From Octopus bimaculoides (taxonomy: Eukaryota): 64,000 nucleotides of DNA. The stretch is from positions 2,019,817 through 2,083,816 of the forward strand of contig NC_068982.1 in NCBI RefSeq assembly GCF_001194135.2, read 5' to 3'. A program made the position numbers and the translations under genes. Positions 49,198 to 62,267 of this stretch are shown one piece after another (position 1 is the stretch's first letter; every line of letters begins with the position of its first letter). Under the pieces are notes generated by a model that made no database searches, was not told the DNA's origin, and saw nothing but the letters and a program-made list of their open reading frames with translations.

Positions 49198-49864
49198 TAT
49201 GTATGTATATGTATGTGTATGTGTGTATGTGTGTGTGTATAATGTATGTGTGTATTTATGACTGTATGTATGTAGGCAAGCTGTCGTGTAATACATAAGT
49301 GCAAATGGAATTGATAGAGGGAAGCATCGGATAATTTAAGGGAAATATTTCATGAGGTGTGGTAGCGGGGTGCACTTAGATAATGAGTGTATTATAAATG
49401 CGTTTATAATTTGCATTTATATGAATATTTGATGCATTCAAGTTCGTTATCTGCACATTTACGTGTAGATTCTATATGATGCGAATTATTTAAAAAAAAA
49501 TGTGAAAATATCAAATTTGGCATTTAAATGATTAATGTAAAATATAAGCTGGATACTTGTGAATTCAAAGTTTAATTAAATGTGAGTTGGAAATATGTAA
49601 TATACGTGTTAGATTAAAAGGGAAATATAGGTAATATAAAGAAAAGTAACATATAAAATGTGATTAGACAAGATTATCTCTTTCAGTAAATAAATTCATC
49701 AAGAGTTATTCAGATTTGAAAGAAGATTGGTAGACTTTACATCATCAATCTTTTACCGGTTTCATTCATTAGAGAGCGGCCATACTGGAGTATTGCCTTT
49801 GTTAATCTTAGACGAACGAATTGACGCCAGGACCTATTAAAAAAAAAATCTTGGGACACATTCT

Positions 49865-50010
49865 TTTCTACTATAGGCTTAAGGCCCAAAATTTTTGGAA
49901 AAGGGGCCAGTTGATTAGATCCACCCCCAGTACGCAGTCGCGTACTAGGGTCGATCTAATCGACTGGCCGCCTCCCTCCAAAATTTCAGGCCTTAAGCCT
50001 ATAGTAGAAA
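49865..50010. repeat. Fold-back palindrome made of two SINE family E tails
   Basis: ttctactataggcttaaggcc..cagtacgc-agtc-gcgtact..ggccttaagcctatagtagaa; arms about 70 bp. Confidence 0.9.
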
Positions 50011-50019
50011 TGATTATTA

Positions 50020-50236
50020 AAGGTGGCGAACTGGCAGAATCGTTAACACGATGGATGAAATGCTTTGCGGTATTTCATCTGTCTTTACGTTCTGAGTTCA
50101 AATTCTCCCGAGATCGACTTTGCCTTTCATCCTTTCGGGGTCGTTAGATTAAGTACTAGTTGCGTCCTGGGGTCGATCTAATCGACTGGCCCCCCCTCCC
50201 CCTAAATGTCGGGCCTTATGCCTAGAGTAGAAAATA
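50020..50236 (+). mobile_element. SINE family E, full length
   Basis: ggtggcgaactggcagaatcgttaacac head; gagttcaaattc B-box-like motif; tail gggccttatgcctagagtagaaa. Confidence 0.9.
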
Positions 50237-50374
50237 ATGTATAAAGGAGAGAAAACCTTCGTCAATTCTCTCTGATTGAGTTTTACTGTTCTGAATAGAC
50301 TGTTCTGTACCCTACATATTCCGATGTGTATGTGTGTTTAAGAGCGTGCAGATGTGTGTGTATGTGTGTGGAAC

Positions 50375-50570
50375 ATGCGGAGCTTGTGGTTAGGATATTC
50401 AGCTCACAATCGTAAGGTTGTGAGTTCGATTATGGTGGAGCGTTTTGTCCTTGAGCTAGAAAGCCTATATCATGTTGCTCTAGTTCACTCCGCTGAGCCG
50501 TCCCAGTAATTCAAAGGGGGTTAGCCTTGTCATATTCTGTCACATTGAATCTCCCTGACAACAGCCGTGT
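50375..50570 (+). mobile_element. SINE family C, 5' part
   Basis: gtggttaggatattcagctcacaatcgtaaggttgtgagttcgatt..gtccttgagc. Confidence 0.8.
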
Positions 50571-50769
50571 CTTCTTTATATATTGATGTGAACAGACTTT
50601 CTAAGGGATTGTGATCCACACTTAACTTCTTGTGGATATAACTGATATCGCTACAGAGAAATCAGCAAAGTGACGAAAATACATTTTTATGGTGAGTTTA
50701 GGACGGCCACTACAAGATTGATTTCTGCCCTGAGTACTCTATCTCAAAGTTCTATAAGTAACAAATAAT

Positions 50770-51030
50770 CTTTTCTACTCTAGGCACAAGTCCAGAAATT
50801 TTTTGGGAGGGGGCCAGTCGATTAGAACTACCCCAATACGCAACTGGTACTTAATTTATCAACCTCGAAAGGATGAAAGGCAAAGTTGACCTTGGTGGAA
50901 TTTGAACTCAGAACCTAAGGAGAGACGAAATACTGCTAAGTATTTCGCCCGACGTGCTAACGTTTCTTATTTCTTTATTGCCCACAANNNNNNNNNNGGC
51001 AAACGGCGTGCTAACGTTTCTGCAAGCTTG
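50770..51030 (-). mobile_element. SINE family E plus an adjacent related SINE spanning a 10-N gap (50988-50997)
   Basis: Family E body, then tatttctttattgcccacaa-N10-ggcgtgctaacgtttctg (a second head). Confidence 0.75.
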
Positions 51031-51642
51031 CTGTGTTCGTGCCTGTAACAAATAATAACTCGGCCAATCAGTCGTGCAAACAGGCTGAAATAAGAAGTAC
51101 CGCATGTCCAAATATGTATTATTTTTGTAAGTGGTCAATTAAAAATCCATAGGAACCACTTATATTGTAAAGTAGTTAGTAATCGGTTTCCCATTAGGAA
51201 ATGATCGAACCATCATACATCAGGTGGTACTATTAAGGTAGACATGCCATGGGACAATCTTTGGGCGAAACATATCTGCGTTACCTAAGTTATCTATAAA
51301 ACGATAATTTCCTGTAAAACAGTAGGAGACGACTGAAAAAATAAGATAGCGCATGTTATAATTTGGCTATGGAGTTTAACATTTAAAATGATTAATGTAA
51401 AATTACGGATGAATATTATAATGGTTTCTTAATGAGTCGTATAGGAAAAGGTCAGAGGTAGATGAGAATTAGAGGCATCTTCAATTTAAATACATGAGGA
51501 GTGGAAGGATAATTGCGTGAATACTAATTAGGAATTATGTGGGAAAATTAATCAGATGTTTTGCTAATATATTGCAAGATAAATGTTATTTAAAAGTTGT
51601 AAATTAGTAAATTCTCTCTCTTCTATGTCTGGCTTTCATTTC

Positions 51643-51674
<32 letters not shown>

Positions 51675-51875
51675 NNNNNNNNNNATATATATATATATAT
51701 ATATATATAGTTATATTTTGGAGCGGTCATTTTTTGTTGTTGACAAATAAACACACGCACAGTACATTCGTTTGTCAATTGCTTATCATTATTATTTTTT
51801 TATTATGTCAGTTGCCTGGTAATCATTCATCACACATCTTGTGATCTATTCAGCGACTGTCCATCCCGCGTGTCT

Positions 51876-51906
<31 letters not shown>

Positions 51907-51934
51907 CGCACACACACACACGTGTGTGTGTGTG

Positions 51935-52080
51935 AGACGGCGTGTGGCTTAGTGTGTTCGGTTCACGTTTGTAAGGTGCTGAGTTCCATTGCCGGCGGAG
52001 CGTCGTGTCCTTGAGCAAGTGGGTTTCATTTCACGTTGGCCGAGTCCACTCAGCCGGCAAAAGTGAGTAGGACATGTTTC
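51935..52080 (+). mobile_element. SINE family C, 5' part
   Basis: ggcgtgtggcttagtg..gagttccattgccggcgg..gtgtccttgagcaag..ccactcagc. Confidence 0.8.
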
Positions 52081-52149
52081 TCTTTATTGTGATCTGTGTG
52101 ATTGATTGTTTTGACGGTAACCGTGACATATTAAAAATAACATGGACAA

Positions 52150-52480
52150 AGTGTCTAAAGAAGGGAGAGATTACTCGGGCTGCGGTAAATCGGAAACCCG
52201 TTCGTGAGATAAGAGCCAAGCACCTGAGATTTGATGGTCATACATGAGGAAGAGGGCCGGGGAGAATTTAGCGATGACCAGAAAGAGTAAATGGAAAGGA
52301 AACCGAGAAAGGAGAAGGATGATATGGATGTAAATCTTGAGGAATTGGTAGGAAGAAAGAGGTATTTAACATCAGGAAGAAGTGGAACTTTGAGACAAAA
52401 CGAAGAACAGAGAATTGTGGTGGAATATGATCGCCTATATCCTATATTGTGGACATGACACTTAAATGAATTAATGCTAC
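52150..52480 (+). mobile_element. RTE-clade LINE 3' remnant
   Basis: VREIRAKHLRFDGHT..ENLAMTRK..KG.RERRR.. and RE.W..MIA, matching the RQL.F.GH.MR..LE.L..TG...G.R.RGR RTE C-terminus. Confidence 0.7.
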
Positions 52481-53963
52481 GAAGTGTAATCCAGATGTTC
52501 CATAGAGATTCTCTGAAATCCATATAGAAATAGAGGTGTTTCTCGCTGGTTGGTAAAAATAATTTAAGAGTCTAAGAGCATGTGCGAACAAATTTGAGTA
52601 ATGAAACAGTTCCAAAATATAAATGAAGAGAGTAAAATATTGGAAATAATCTATGAGAAACTATACCGGAGAATAGAAAATAACTTATTAGATTAGGTTC
52701 GTAAACATAAAATTTGGGTAAATTTGAGAAGTTACTGATCTAACTGCAATGAATAAAATATTATAGGTTGTACGAACTTATAACGTAAAGCTTATCTGCG
52801 TTTGTGATATTTTAATATTCGTTTTTATATTCCGCAAGTTGTAGGCGCATCCAGCATTCTAGAAATTACGGATCACGTTAGTAATATCCAATCAGAATAT
52901 TTGATCTTGTGATTCATAATTTGCGAATTGTTAATACTTATAAATACGAGACATTTTTCAGCTGTACACATTTTGCAGCTTTCAATCCAATTCCTTCGTG
53001 TTCAATATTGATGAAATATTTTTCACCTGATATCAAATTTGATATTAAGTTCTTTGAAATTCCATATTCGTTTAGAAAATTTGTGACATCTCTCTTTTCT
53101 AAATACCTAAAGGTGAAGTACAGATATTTACATTTTTCTTCTATGTTGCCTATATTGTGTGTAGATGTTACGGTTCTGTTAGGTGGAGGCGACATTTAGT
53201 TCATATATAATCATTCCAACGTTATACATCTGGCTGAGGGTTATGTTTCTGCGTATAGAGCTACCCTTGGTTATATCGTTAATTTGTGAGATGCTTGTGT
53301 AAACTTTTTTCTGCTAAATTTTTCCACAGAATGTTTTGTTTGGAAAATTCTACAGGCATTGGAAATTTCCAGCGATATTAAACTTCACGTTTAAGGAAAA
53401 CTGAAGTTGAAACCAAATTCTTTTGCTGCAGCTCTTCCTCTGTCTGGGTTACTGATTTCTGTCTTGATTACATTTATTGTATTACTAAGCAGTGTATATT
53501 TGTATATTATAAAGCTACTCTTCATATTTTTGCTCATGCGTATCTTAAACTTTCATGCACAAATTTATAAATACATATGGCAAATTTCCCAGCTCCTTCA
53601 CGTTGTATAGGTAAAAAAGTGTAAACTGCGGTACGTCTCTCACCCAGAGTGCAAAAGTCAGTTCTCTTCAAGTTCGCTGCAGTTTTCCTTCGGAGACGGA
53701 ATATTCTAATATCAGTTCATTTTATTTCCTTCCTTTCTCCACACAAACACACACACACACACAACACATACCTGCCATACCTGGAAGTAGTTTGCCCGCT
53801 TTATGCATATAAGTCGTGGAACGGCAGACAATTCATTTCCGTTTCGTTTCGAGTATGCTCGAAACATAAAACAACCACTTTTTCTGTCTCCGAGCGTCTT
53901 GATACTTTACATGTGCTACGTCCTCACACTGTTGCTTTTTTCTTGCCTTTTTCTCAGTTTTTA

Positions 53964-54007
<44 letters not shown>

Positions 54008-57000
54008 GCATGCATCATATACACTTGAATGCATCGTGATACAATACGTAATTTATTCACAAGCTTATCAAAATGGATAGCCTAATACGGAATATTAGCC
54101 AGAAATCGTTATCTGCACCTGAGAAATACATACTGAAGCTGGCTTGTGAAACTTGTTGGAGGCAAAAACTATTAATTACCTCTACATATAGAGTGTTTTG
54201 CCAGGCAGAATTAACCTGGAAATGTTTATCTCCATTTAAGAAATTTATCACTCTTTTCTGTATTGCTAAATTGTTAACAATTTAGAAGGAAGAAAAAAAG
54301 ATGAAATATATATTTTAAACTTTGAAGTGTCTTATACCATAATCCTTTAGGAAACTTCGTAGAATGATGAATTTAGTTTAATTTGTGTCTGGGGTTCAAC
54401 GATTCCAGAGAAGAATGAAATTGTACTCTACGCGGCCACAAATATCAGAATTTTTCGAAACTATTTTTTTTTTTTTGCATGTAAGAAAAAAGAACTTAAA
54501 AAATATTAATTAAGTATTAAATACGCAGGAGACTTTCTCCCCGTTAATGACAAATTCGCCAACAGAAGGCAATCATGTGTTTGATTTGAAAGCTATACAG
54601 AACATTTATCAGCCACAAAATTTACACCATTTCTCCGCGACGAATCGTTGTCATTTGGAAACAGTAATTACAATCTGTTAATTTCGTGTTTCGCAGCATT
54701 TCGTTTAGTCATTTGCCGATCCACATGAACTGCTTTAATTCATGTTCTACTCGCTTCATATGTTCTACTTTCCAACTGTTTGAGACAAATTGCTCTGGAA
54801 TCAAATATCGTATACATATTTTGTAACACATGCTCACCTGCTGAACAGTTCATGGATATGAATTATACAAATGAGTTGATTAAAAGATTATAGTTCAATA
54901 TATTTGCTTCGAAATAGGCGACAATGGCGCAGAATTAAAATCTGCTTGGTAGTATCAGACTTCTCTCTTCTTGCTTTTGTTTGTGTCTCTTAAATATAAG
55001 AACACAGAACGACAGAACAGAATGAAAAAAAAAAGAAACAACATTAATATTGCAGCGGAGGAATATAATATTCTAGTTTAATTCCATTCACATTGTTATT
55101 GCATTATAGGAATATAAATAAACGGCAACACTTCACTTGGACTTTATTTTATTCATCTCAGAAGGATGAAATGCAAAGTTGAATGCGTAAAAGCGACGTA
55201 CAGCAAAGCATTTGTCATGCACTCTGAAGATTCTGCCAATGAATCGTCTATTCACTTTTGTAGACTACTATATTTGCCTGGTAACAATTTCTTAGAAGAA
55301 TTCAAGAGTTTACACTTAGCCGACCACCGTTCTAGAGTACGAAGAAACTTGTAGTCTTTGTCGATAAATATATTCGCAAATTCGTCAATAATCGTAACAT
55401 TCGTGAATAAACATAATTGCATAAGTCGTAAACTTCCTAGACCATAGGGAAACGTACATAGGGACATTTTGTATAAACCACTTCATCATTTAGAACAAAT
55501 CTTTTAAACATTTATGATAGAGTGAAAATATAAATTTGTAGACATTCGGAAACGGCAAAATGCAAAATGGAAGGCTAAGTGGGGGAGAAATTTATCAAAA
55601 GAAAATAGGTTTAAGAAACAATAATTACAGCAGAAGAACTACATTATGAGAGAGAGGGGGGAAGAGGGAGGGAAAGAGAGAAAAGTGTGTGTGTGTGTGT
55701 GAGAGAGAGAGAAATAAAAAACGACTGTTCGAGTTACACGGGGACAAAAATTCAGTTGGGTTGGAACGCATGGAATATCTGGAACGGGTTAAAGAGTGTT
55801 TTAATTATACAAGTGTTTCTCTCTGCTCTTATCGTTAACCAGCCTGTTACCTAACTTTTCCTTTTACTAGATGTCCACCTACCCACTTCATTCCAAATAG
55901 AACACCATTCACTGGTTGGAAATTCCAACTTCATTATATTTAAAACTTTTGCACTGCTTTGTCCAAACTCACCTTTTGCTTTGCAGGTGACTGTTGCAGA
56001 ACATACATAGGTGATCAGGTATACTTCTTAAATAAACAAATCTGAAAACGTCTCATAAATGACCAAATCAGCAATCAGAGTATGTAATTGTGAACTGCCA
56101 TTATAATTCTTTGGGCCATTTCATTTAATATATTTTTGGTGATTGCTTTACTACAAGACGAAAATCCTTATCATAACATGAAAATTTTCCTAACGGTATG
56201 ATTTCTCCATATTGAATAAACGAATAGTTTTCTCTTCGTCTTCATATGTCTTTATCATAACTAGTTTTCACAATCGAAATCTTGAGTGTCACGTACATAT
56301 ACGCACATATACGCATGCATACATACCCCCCCCCCACACACACACACACGAATACACGCATACATACAGACGTTTACTGCTGTTTGCAATACTATCTCAA
56401 CATGTTAAAGCACATCTAATTGCCGCAGCAAACCCGCTATTTATATGTTAATCTTTTGTATAGTCCCGAGGAAGAGGTAAAAAACACAACCTTTGCAGGA
56501 CGTCCGTGTCTGGTTAATGTCCTATTTATGCCGTTGCAGAACAAACTTCAAAGAAAGAATTAAGCATGGAGGACAATAAAGGATTGACGTTCAGGAGAAT
56601 AACGAGGAGGAATAGAATTTAATGGTTGAAACGGTATTGGGCGAAACAGGGTGAAAATAGATAGAATAATGAAGGTTCAGGGGTGGCGATGAGTTACCTA
56701 TCAGCTTAGTGGCCTCTTTCCATTTGCGTTCCAGGACGTTACTGTGCATAGATGCAGTACTATATACCTGATATGAACTCAGCACTTCATTACATCTACG
56801 TCGATATATATATATATTACAGAGATGTACTTGCATAACGAGTGACTTGATTTGAGATTGTGTGCTGAAACAAAAACAATTGCAGCGTAGAAGCTTTTCA
56901 TAAGCCATTTAAATAAAACAAAAAACCCGTTAGATTGACTTCAACATTTCAATTTCATTTGTGTCAAAGCGACGAAAATATTTTGACACAAATTAAATTT

Positions 57001-58184
57001 AAATTTTGAAGTTAATCTAATGTTTTTTTTTGGGGGGGGTCTGTTTTTAAATGGCTTATAAGCACATTCCACGCTACAATTGTATGTGTATATATGTAAC
57101 TCAGGAGAACGATACTGTATCATAAAAATTGTTATCTCCCGTTAATCCTAGAGAAACCTATGAAAAATGCACCCTCAGGTCAGTATCCGCAACCAATCTT
57201 CTGAAACACAGAGCAGGGATAATAGGCCCAGTGCAAAATTAAGTCTCCCATTCTGGCTGACGTTCCGTTCATTGAGACAGCTGTGGATGATATCAGAATC
57301 GCCTGAGACATAACAATGGACAGGGTAGTTGAGATTTATACAAAATATTAATCACATTTGATAAGAAAACTGAGAAATATATATATTCCTTCTATTGTAT
57401 TCACCAGAATTAAGACTCACAATTGAACTTATAATGTCTACTGAATGAAGAAAATACTCTTACAGAAAATTCCCGAAACATAACTCGGCTGGCACAATTC
57501 TTTCGTTAATATAACTTAGGGTTCAGTAAAATGCATTTTACTCGCAAGTTGAAGGGAAAGGAATCGTTAACAAAATAATCCGGATCAAAGCTCCTCAACT
57601 GGAATATTTGTACACCTAGGGGATGTTTAGATGTTAAAGAGCCAGTTACAAAGCATCTGGTGAAAATCAAACAGTGAATGTGTGATGAATATCCTCAATG
57701 TGATTCGTTTACAGCCATTTGTGTTGCGAATTCCATAGAGGTTTTCATAACACAAAATCATGTGTTTGAATATCCTGCAACAATGGCAAAGGCAATATTT
57801 GAACTTAATTCCAACAACGAAGCAATAACGAAGTTTTATAAATTCATGTCTAATGTCTTAGGTTTGGGGATGACAAAAGCTAAAAATTGTTCATGTATCT
57901 CAGGCAGCTTAGTTATGGTAAGACAACAAGGTGACACGTTTACTAGAAGAGGTTAGAAAGGTGAAGGTAGCTGAAATATTGTAAATGAATAAATTAAGGG
58001 AAACTAAATGCTTCTTTTAACTCCTCTTAATTCATTCAGTTACGGTATTCCCGGCCCCTCCTTTTCATTCTTGACCTCACTTATTAACGATGAGGTCCCG
58101 TTTTCTTACTATATTATAAAAGCAATTAAGTCTTTCAAACCTGAAATTAGACGTCTCTCCCTCTCCCTCTCTCTATATATACAT

Positions 58185-58565
58185 TGGCACAGGGATTGCT
58201 GCGTGGGAAGAACATTTCTTCTCAACCACATGGCTGCGAGTTCAGTTCTACCGCGTGGAACCTTGTGCAAGTGTCTTCCACTGACCAGAAGTGGATTTCG
58301 CAGACGGAAACAAGACAATCCGTCGTATATATATGTGCGTGCGCGCGCGCGTGCGTGTATGTTTTTGCCCCCTACAATCCTTTGACAACAGATGTAGGTG
58401 TGTTTACGCCCACTTAACATAGCGGTTGGGCAAAAGAACCGACAGAATAAGTAAACTTACCAAAATTAAGTCATGCGGTCGATTCCTTTGACTAAAAACC
58501 ATTCAAGGCGTTGCTCCAGCATGGCCGCAGTCAAAATGACTGAAACAAGTGAAGGAATAAAAGAG
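58185..58565 (+). mobile_element. SINE family D, near full length
   Basis: Reverse complement of 9805-10220; ends gctccagcatggccgcagtcaaaatgactgaaacaagt. Confidence 0.85.
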
Positions 58566-58589
58566 TTACATGAAGACAACACCAGCAAT

Positions 58590-58795
58590 GTTAAAGCGGC
58601 GAACTGGCAGAATCGTTAGCACGCCGGGGGAAATGCTAATCGGTATTTCATCTGCCGCTACGCTCTGAGTTCAAATTCTACCGAGGTCGACGTCGCCTTT
58701 TCTGGTCGATAAATTAGGTACCAGTTTTGTACTGGGGTCGATGTAATCGACTGGCCCCTTCCCCGAAAATTTTAGGCCTTGTACCATTAATAGAT
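58590..58795 (+). mobile_element. SINE family E, full length
   Basis: gcggcgaactggcagaatcgttagcacgccgg..gagttcaaattc..ggggtcgatgtaatcgactggcccc. Confidence 0.9.
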
Positions 58796-59164
58796 TATCA
58801 ACAATGTAATTACGTCAATATATTCTAATTCGGAATTTGTTATGAAAAGCAAAAAATGTTTTGGCCTCATTTTACCAAAGCCTAAAGTATTGTTTTGAAT
58901 GAAAGTCTTGATTTCTTTAAGAATTTTGACAGTTTTGTTCTATATGGACTCTTTTTATGTCAGCAAGTTTGACATTTTAAATTCTCCAAATTAAATCTTG
59001 TGAAATCTTAATCCCTAATAATACGTGACTTTGTTTTGCTCCTTTTTTCCTTTTTCTCTCATCAATTCATATAATCTTAGTTCTTTTAAAATTTCAACAC
59101 AGAAATTCTGAAAATAGCGTCCAAAATGTGATAAATTGAAGAAAAAAAAAAGGTCCGGTTTTCT

Positions 59165-59490
59165 ACTTTCACCGATTTCAGTCATTAGATTACGTCCACT
59201 GCCTTGAAGAAATCTTAATTAAATGAATCGACCTAAGTACTCGTTTTCTTAAAGCTTGATACTTATTGTATCGTACCATTTTGCCGAACCGCTAGTTTAC
59301 GGGGATATAAACAAACTAGCACCGGTTATCAAGCCATGGTGGGGGACAAACACGCGCACACGACACACTTCTTTCAGTTTCCGACTACCAAATTCACTCA
59401 CAAGACTTTGGTCGACTCGAAGGTACAGTACGAGACTCTTACCCAAAGAGGAACTGAACTAAGAATTATGTGGTTGGGAAGCAAGCGTCT
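59165..59490 (-). mobile_element. SINE family D
   Basis: ttcagtcattagattac..ttttgccgaaccgcta..tttcagtttccgactaccaaattcactcacaag. Confidence 0.8.
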
Positions 59491-59739
59491 TTATTTCATA
59501 AACTGGCTATGAAAGCCGTTCGTAGATGGGACAAACAAGGACAGACAACCGGAGGATGAAGAAGTTGCTTGTTCCGGATGATAAAATATAAATGTCATAT
59601 TGTTAAACATTATATCTTTTTTTTTCTTTCCTTTTAAAAATTTCAATCTAAGCTTGATGATCATTGCAAATTTTGTAATGTGTGACTGAAGGAAAGGCAT
59701 CCAACTGCAAGGTTCGAACCTTTACTTTTCCTTCTGCAC

Positions 59740-60620
59740 CCACTTACCTGGTTCCAGTCACTCACAGCTTGTTCACTACTTGCTTCCATCTTTTAGCAAA
59801 CATATCCTGTAACAGGTATCTCTTCTCCAGCCTGATCTTGTTATCGAGGTGATAATAAAGAAGTTAACCAACCCCTGGCTGGGGACGAAGGTATCTGTCA
59901 CTATACCTCTTACACGCGTCTTCCATACTGTTTCCTTCAGTATGGCTACTTCCCTGTTAAGGGAAGGGGGGGTGCAATCTTGATAATAGACTCAGCCGAT
60001 AGTTGTCCTCGTCCCATCGTTAACAACAGTTGCTCGACAAAAGCTATCAGTCCCGATAATTCCAGACGCTCCACGAAGTCGGGCAAGACAAGTTCTCTGT
60101 CCCGCCCGCACCTCGGGCATGTCAGCGAGGCGGCACTTCCGTGTCTTGATAGCTTGCCTCGAACAGGCAAAACCGAACGGTAGAACTTCCAAGTCAGGAA
60201 TTTCTGGTAATTATCCAGATACCCGTCCCGAAAGTTCTCCTGAACAGGTGATCGACTGATTTCCATCGAAGCCCAGGGTCTCCCCCAGTACATCGTAGGC
60301 ATAAATTCCAGTAACCCACTATAGAAATCCGCAGTGGAACTCTTGTTGCCGTTGTTGCCCGCCCGAGAAAGTAGCTGGAATGCCTGGTGGTAGTCCAATT
60401 GCCAATTCCCCACCTTAGGTCTTCGTCTGATCCATGGACCAATGTGGGAGGTAGAACCTTACGTGCAGTGACCACACCTGCTCCCCATCCAGGTAAAGCC
60501 AGAGGTGCCTCAAACGTAGCGCGAATTTCCGCATCCTCAGCCAAGGCATCCTTAGCCCACCTTTTAGTGGTTTTTGGCAGCAGACAGCGCTTCACAACTG
60601 GCTTTCCTCCCTTCATGTGT
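59740..60620 (-). mobile_element. L1/Tx1-clade retrotransposon ORF2 C-terminal remnant
   Basis: ORF 59946-60413 contains a zinc-knuckle remnant (LTCPRCGRDRE), then LSAESIIKIAPP; a shifted frame gives AILKETVWKTR..FVPSQGLVNFF. Confidence 0.75.
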
Positions 60621-60964
60621 TGGCAATTGATGATAAAATAATTGTTTTATATCAGATCAGATTTGTTTGAGCAGACCCAGAAACAAGACTTCTTTTCAGT
60701 CGAGATTATTCAGTTTTTATTTTAGAGTCTGAGATTTCATTCTCAATTGCTTCTTTGTTTTGCTGAAGTAGCAATGAAGAATGTGAATGAGATAAAGCTA
60801 CTTTTACTAACAGACGTAATCATTGATTTGATTCCGCATGGAATGAGTATATAAACTATTCACTAACAGAAATATTTGATGTATGAACAACAATTTGATG
60901 TATAAACGGAGATTGAAGAAACATTATTTAAATTAGTGAAAACTGGAGCTATAGGTATAGGTTT

Positions 60965-61820
60965 CAAATTTTGGCACAAGACCTGCACTTTTGGGGGGTG
61001 GGTTGCGGGATAAGTCGATTACATCAGCACCAGGGATCGTGTTAAAAACGGGGGAACCAGTTTTCATTTATGTTTTATGTAGTGTTTTTGGTACCGAAAG
61101 ACTTTCAAACTTCGTATACTTATCTATTTTGTGTTATATAACACAAAAAAATTTTTGTATTCGGATTTATTTCATGTAAAAAATGTCTTATTTCGATAAT
61201 TTCAACCAATCACTGACAAGTATTCAGCTGTTTACAAGTTACTACTTTGGCACTTTTAGCGGTGTAAAGCGTATTTAATCTCCATTACTTCTGACATTTT
61301 GCAGAGGCAACATACGTGTGTTCGTTTTCCCTAACCCTAACTGACTTGCTCCTTCCCTCAAAAACCATGCCTTGTGCCTATAATAGAAATGTTTATTAGC
61401 TACTGCCAATATGCTTCAGCCATTTTTTGACAACGAAATAATTTTATCACCGCCGACAATCGTTTGTTTACGTAGTCAGCGCTTAATGTATCCGGCTGAA
61501 TGGACGTCAGTCATTGGTTGAAATTACAGAAATACGACAACTTTAATATGAAATAACTTGCGATGTACGTTTTTTTGTTAAGAAGACTAAGACAAAAAAG
61601 ATGTTTTATGTGACACATTCTACCAGTGTCCCAAGTTTCAAAGTGTTTCGTTAAGAAAATACTGGTGCCCCCGTTTTGAACAAGATCCGGCACCAGTCCT
61701 CAGCTGGTACACTTGCTTTCTCGATCCGGAAAAGATGAAAGGCAAAATCATTTCGGCGGAATTTGAACTCATAACAAAGACGTACGACATGTCGGTAAGC
61801 ATTTTGTTCGGCATGCTAAC
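60965..61820 (-). mobile_element. SINE family E interrupted by a TIR element
   Basis: ..gataagtcgattacatcagcaccag | tcctcagctggtac..gaaaagatgaaaggcaaa..ggcggaatttgaactc is continuous once the insert is removed. Confidence 0.8.
61034..61688. mobile_element. Non-autonomous DNA transposon (MITE-like, possibly Merlin), 655 bp
   Basis: TIR GGATCGTGTTAAAAACGGGGGAACCAGT vs reverse complement GGATCTTGTTCAAAACGGGGGCACCAGT (25/28); flanks AGCACCAG / GGCACCAG (8 bp, 1 mismatch); inner inverted homology taatttcaaccaat.actgac. Confidence 0.85.
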
Positions 61821-62228
61821 AATTCTTCCAGCTCGCCGCTTATGTCAGGACAGATGCTAAAGATCATTTGAAAACGTCTTGACAACGTGCGTCGTTTTCG
61901 ATGCTTAGTCTTAGATTTCTGTTGCTTTTTGTGTGACTCCGATAGCCTTCCTTTGGCCTGTTTGCTCACTTCCTAATTTAAGATGGTCATTCAATATCAT
62001 AAACAGATTTGTGGATATTTTTATGATCATCATCATTAATATCATTATTGCATGGATATATTCTGGTCAAAGTACACATTGCATATATGGCCTTCTAATT
62101 GTAATCTAATGGTGTGTATAAGGAAAAGAAATAAAGCAAGCAGGAAATTAAATTTTCGTTTCATAGAAATAATTTGGTTTACCATGAGCATTCAGCTGTG
62201 TCACTGATATTGTTTATGTTGTGCCGTC

Positions 62229-62267
<39 letters not shown>

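Noticed and set aside
50948-51020. 15-bp direct repeat cgtgctaacgtttct around a gap, read as a TSD
   Set aside because: It is the shared head sequence of two related SINEs in tandem; the gap prevents resolution.
57678-57956. 92-aa ORF with VLGLGMTKAK resembling ribosomal L7/L12
   Set aside because: Similarity limited to about 10 residues; no splice or homology support.
59742-59751. ACTTACCTGG matching the U1 snRNA 5' end
   Set aside because: No further U1 sequence; it is the complement of a cryptic CCAG|GTAAGT donor at the Tx1 remnant end.
61329-61340. CCCTAACCCTAA as interstitial telomere
   Set aside because: Only two units, inside the TIR element.
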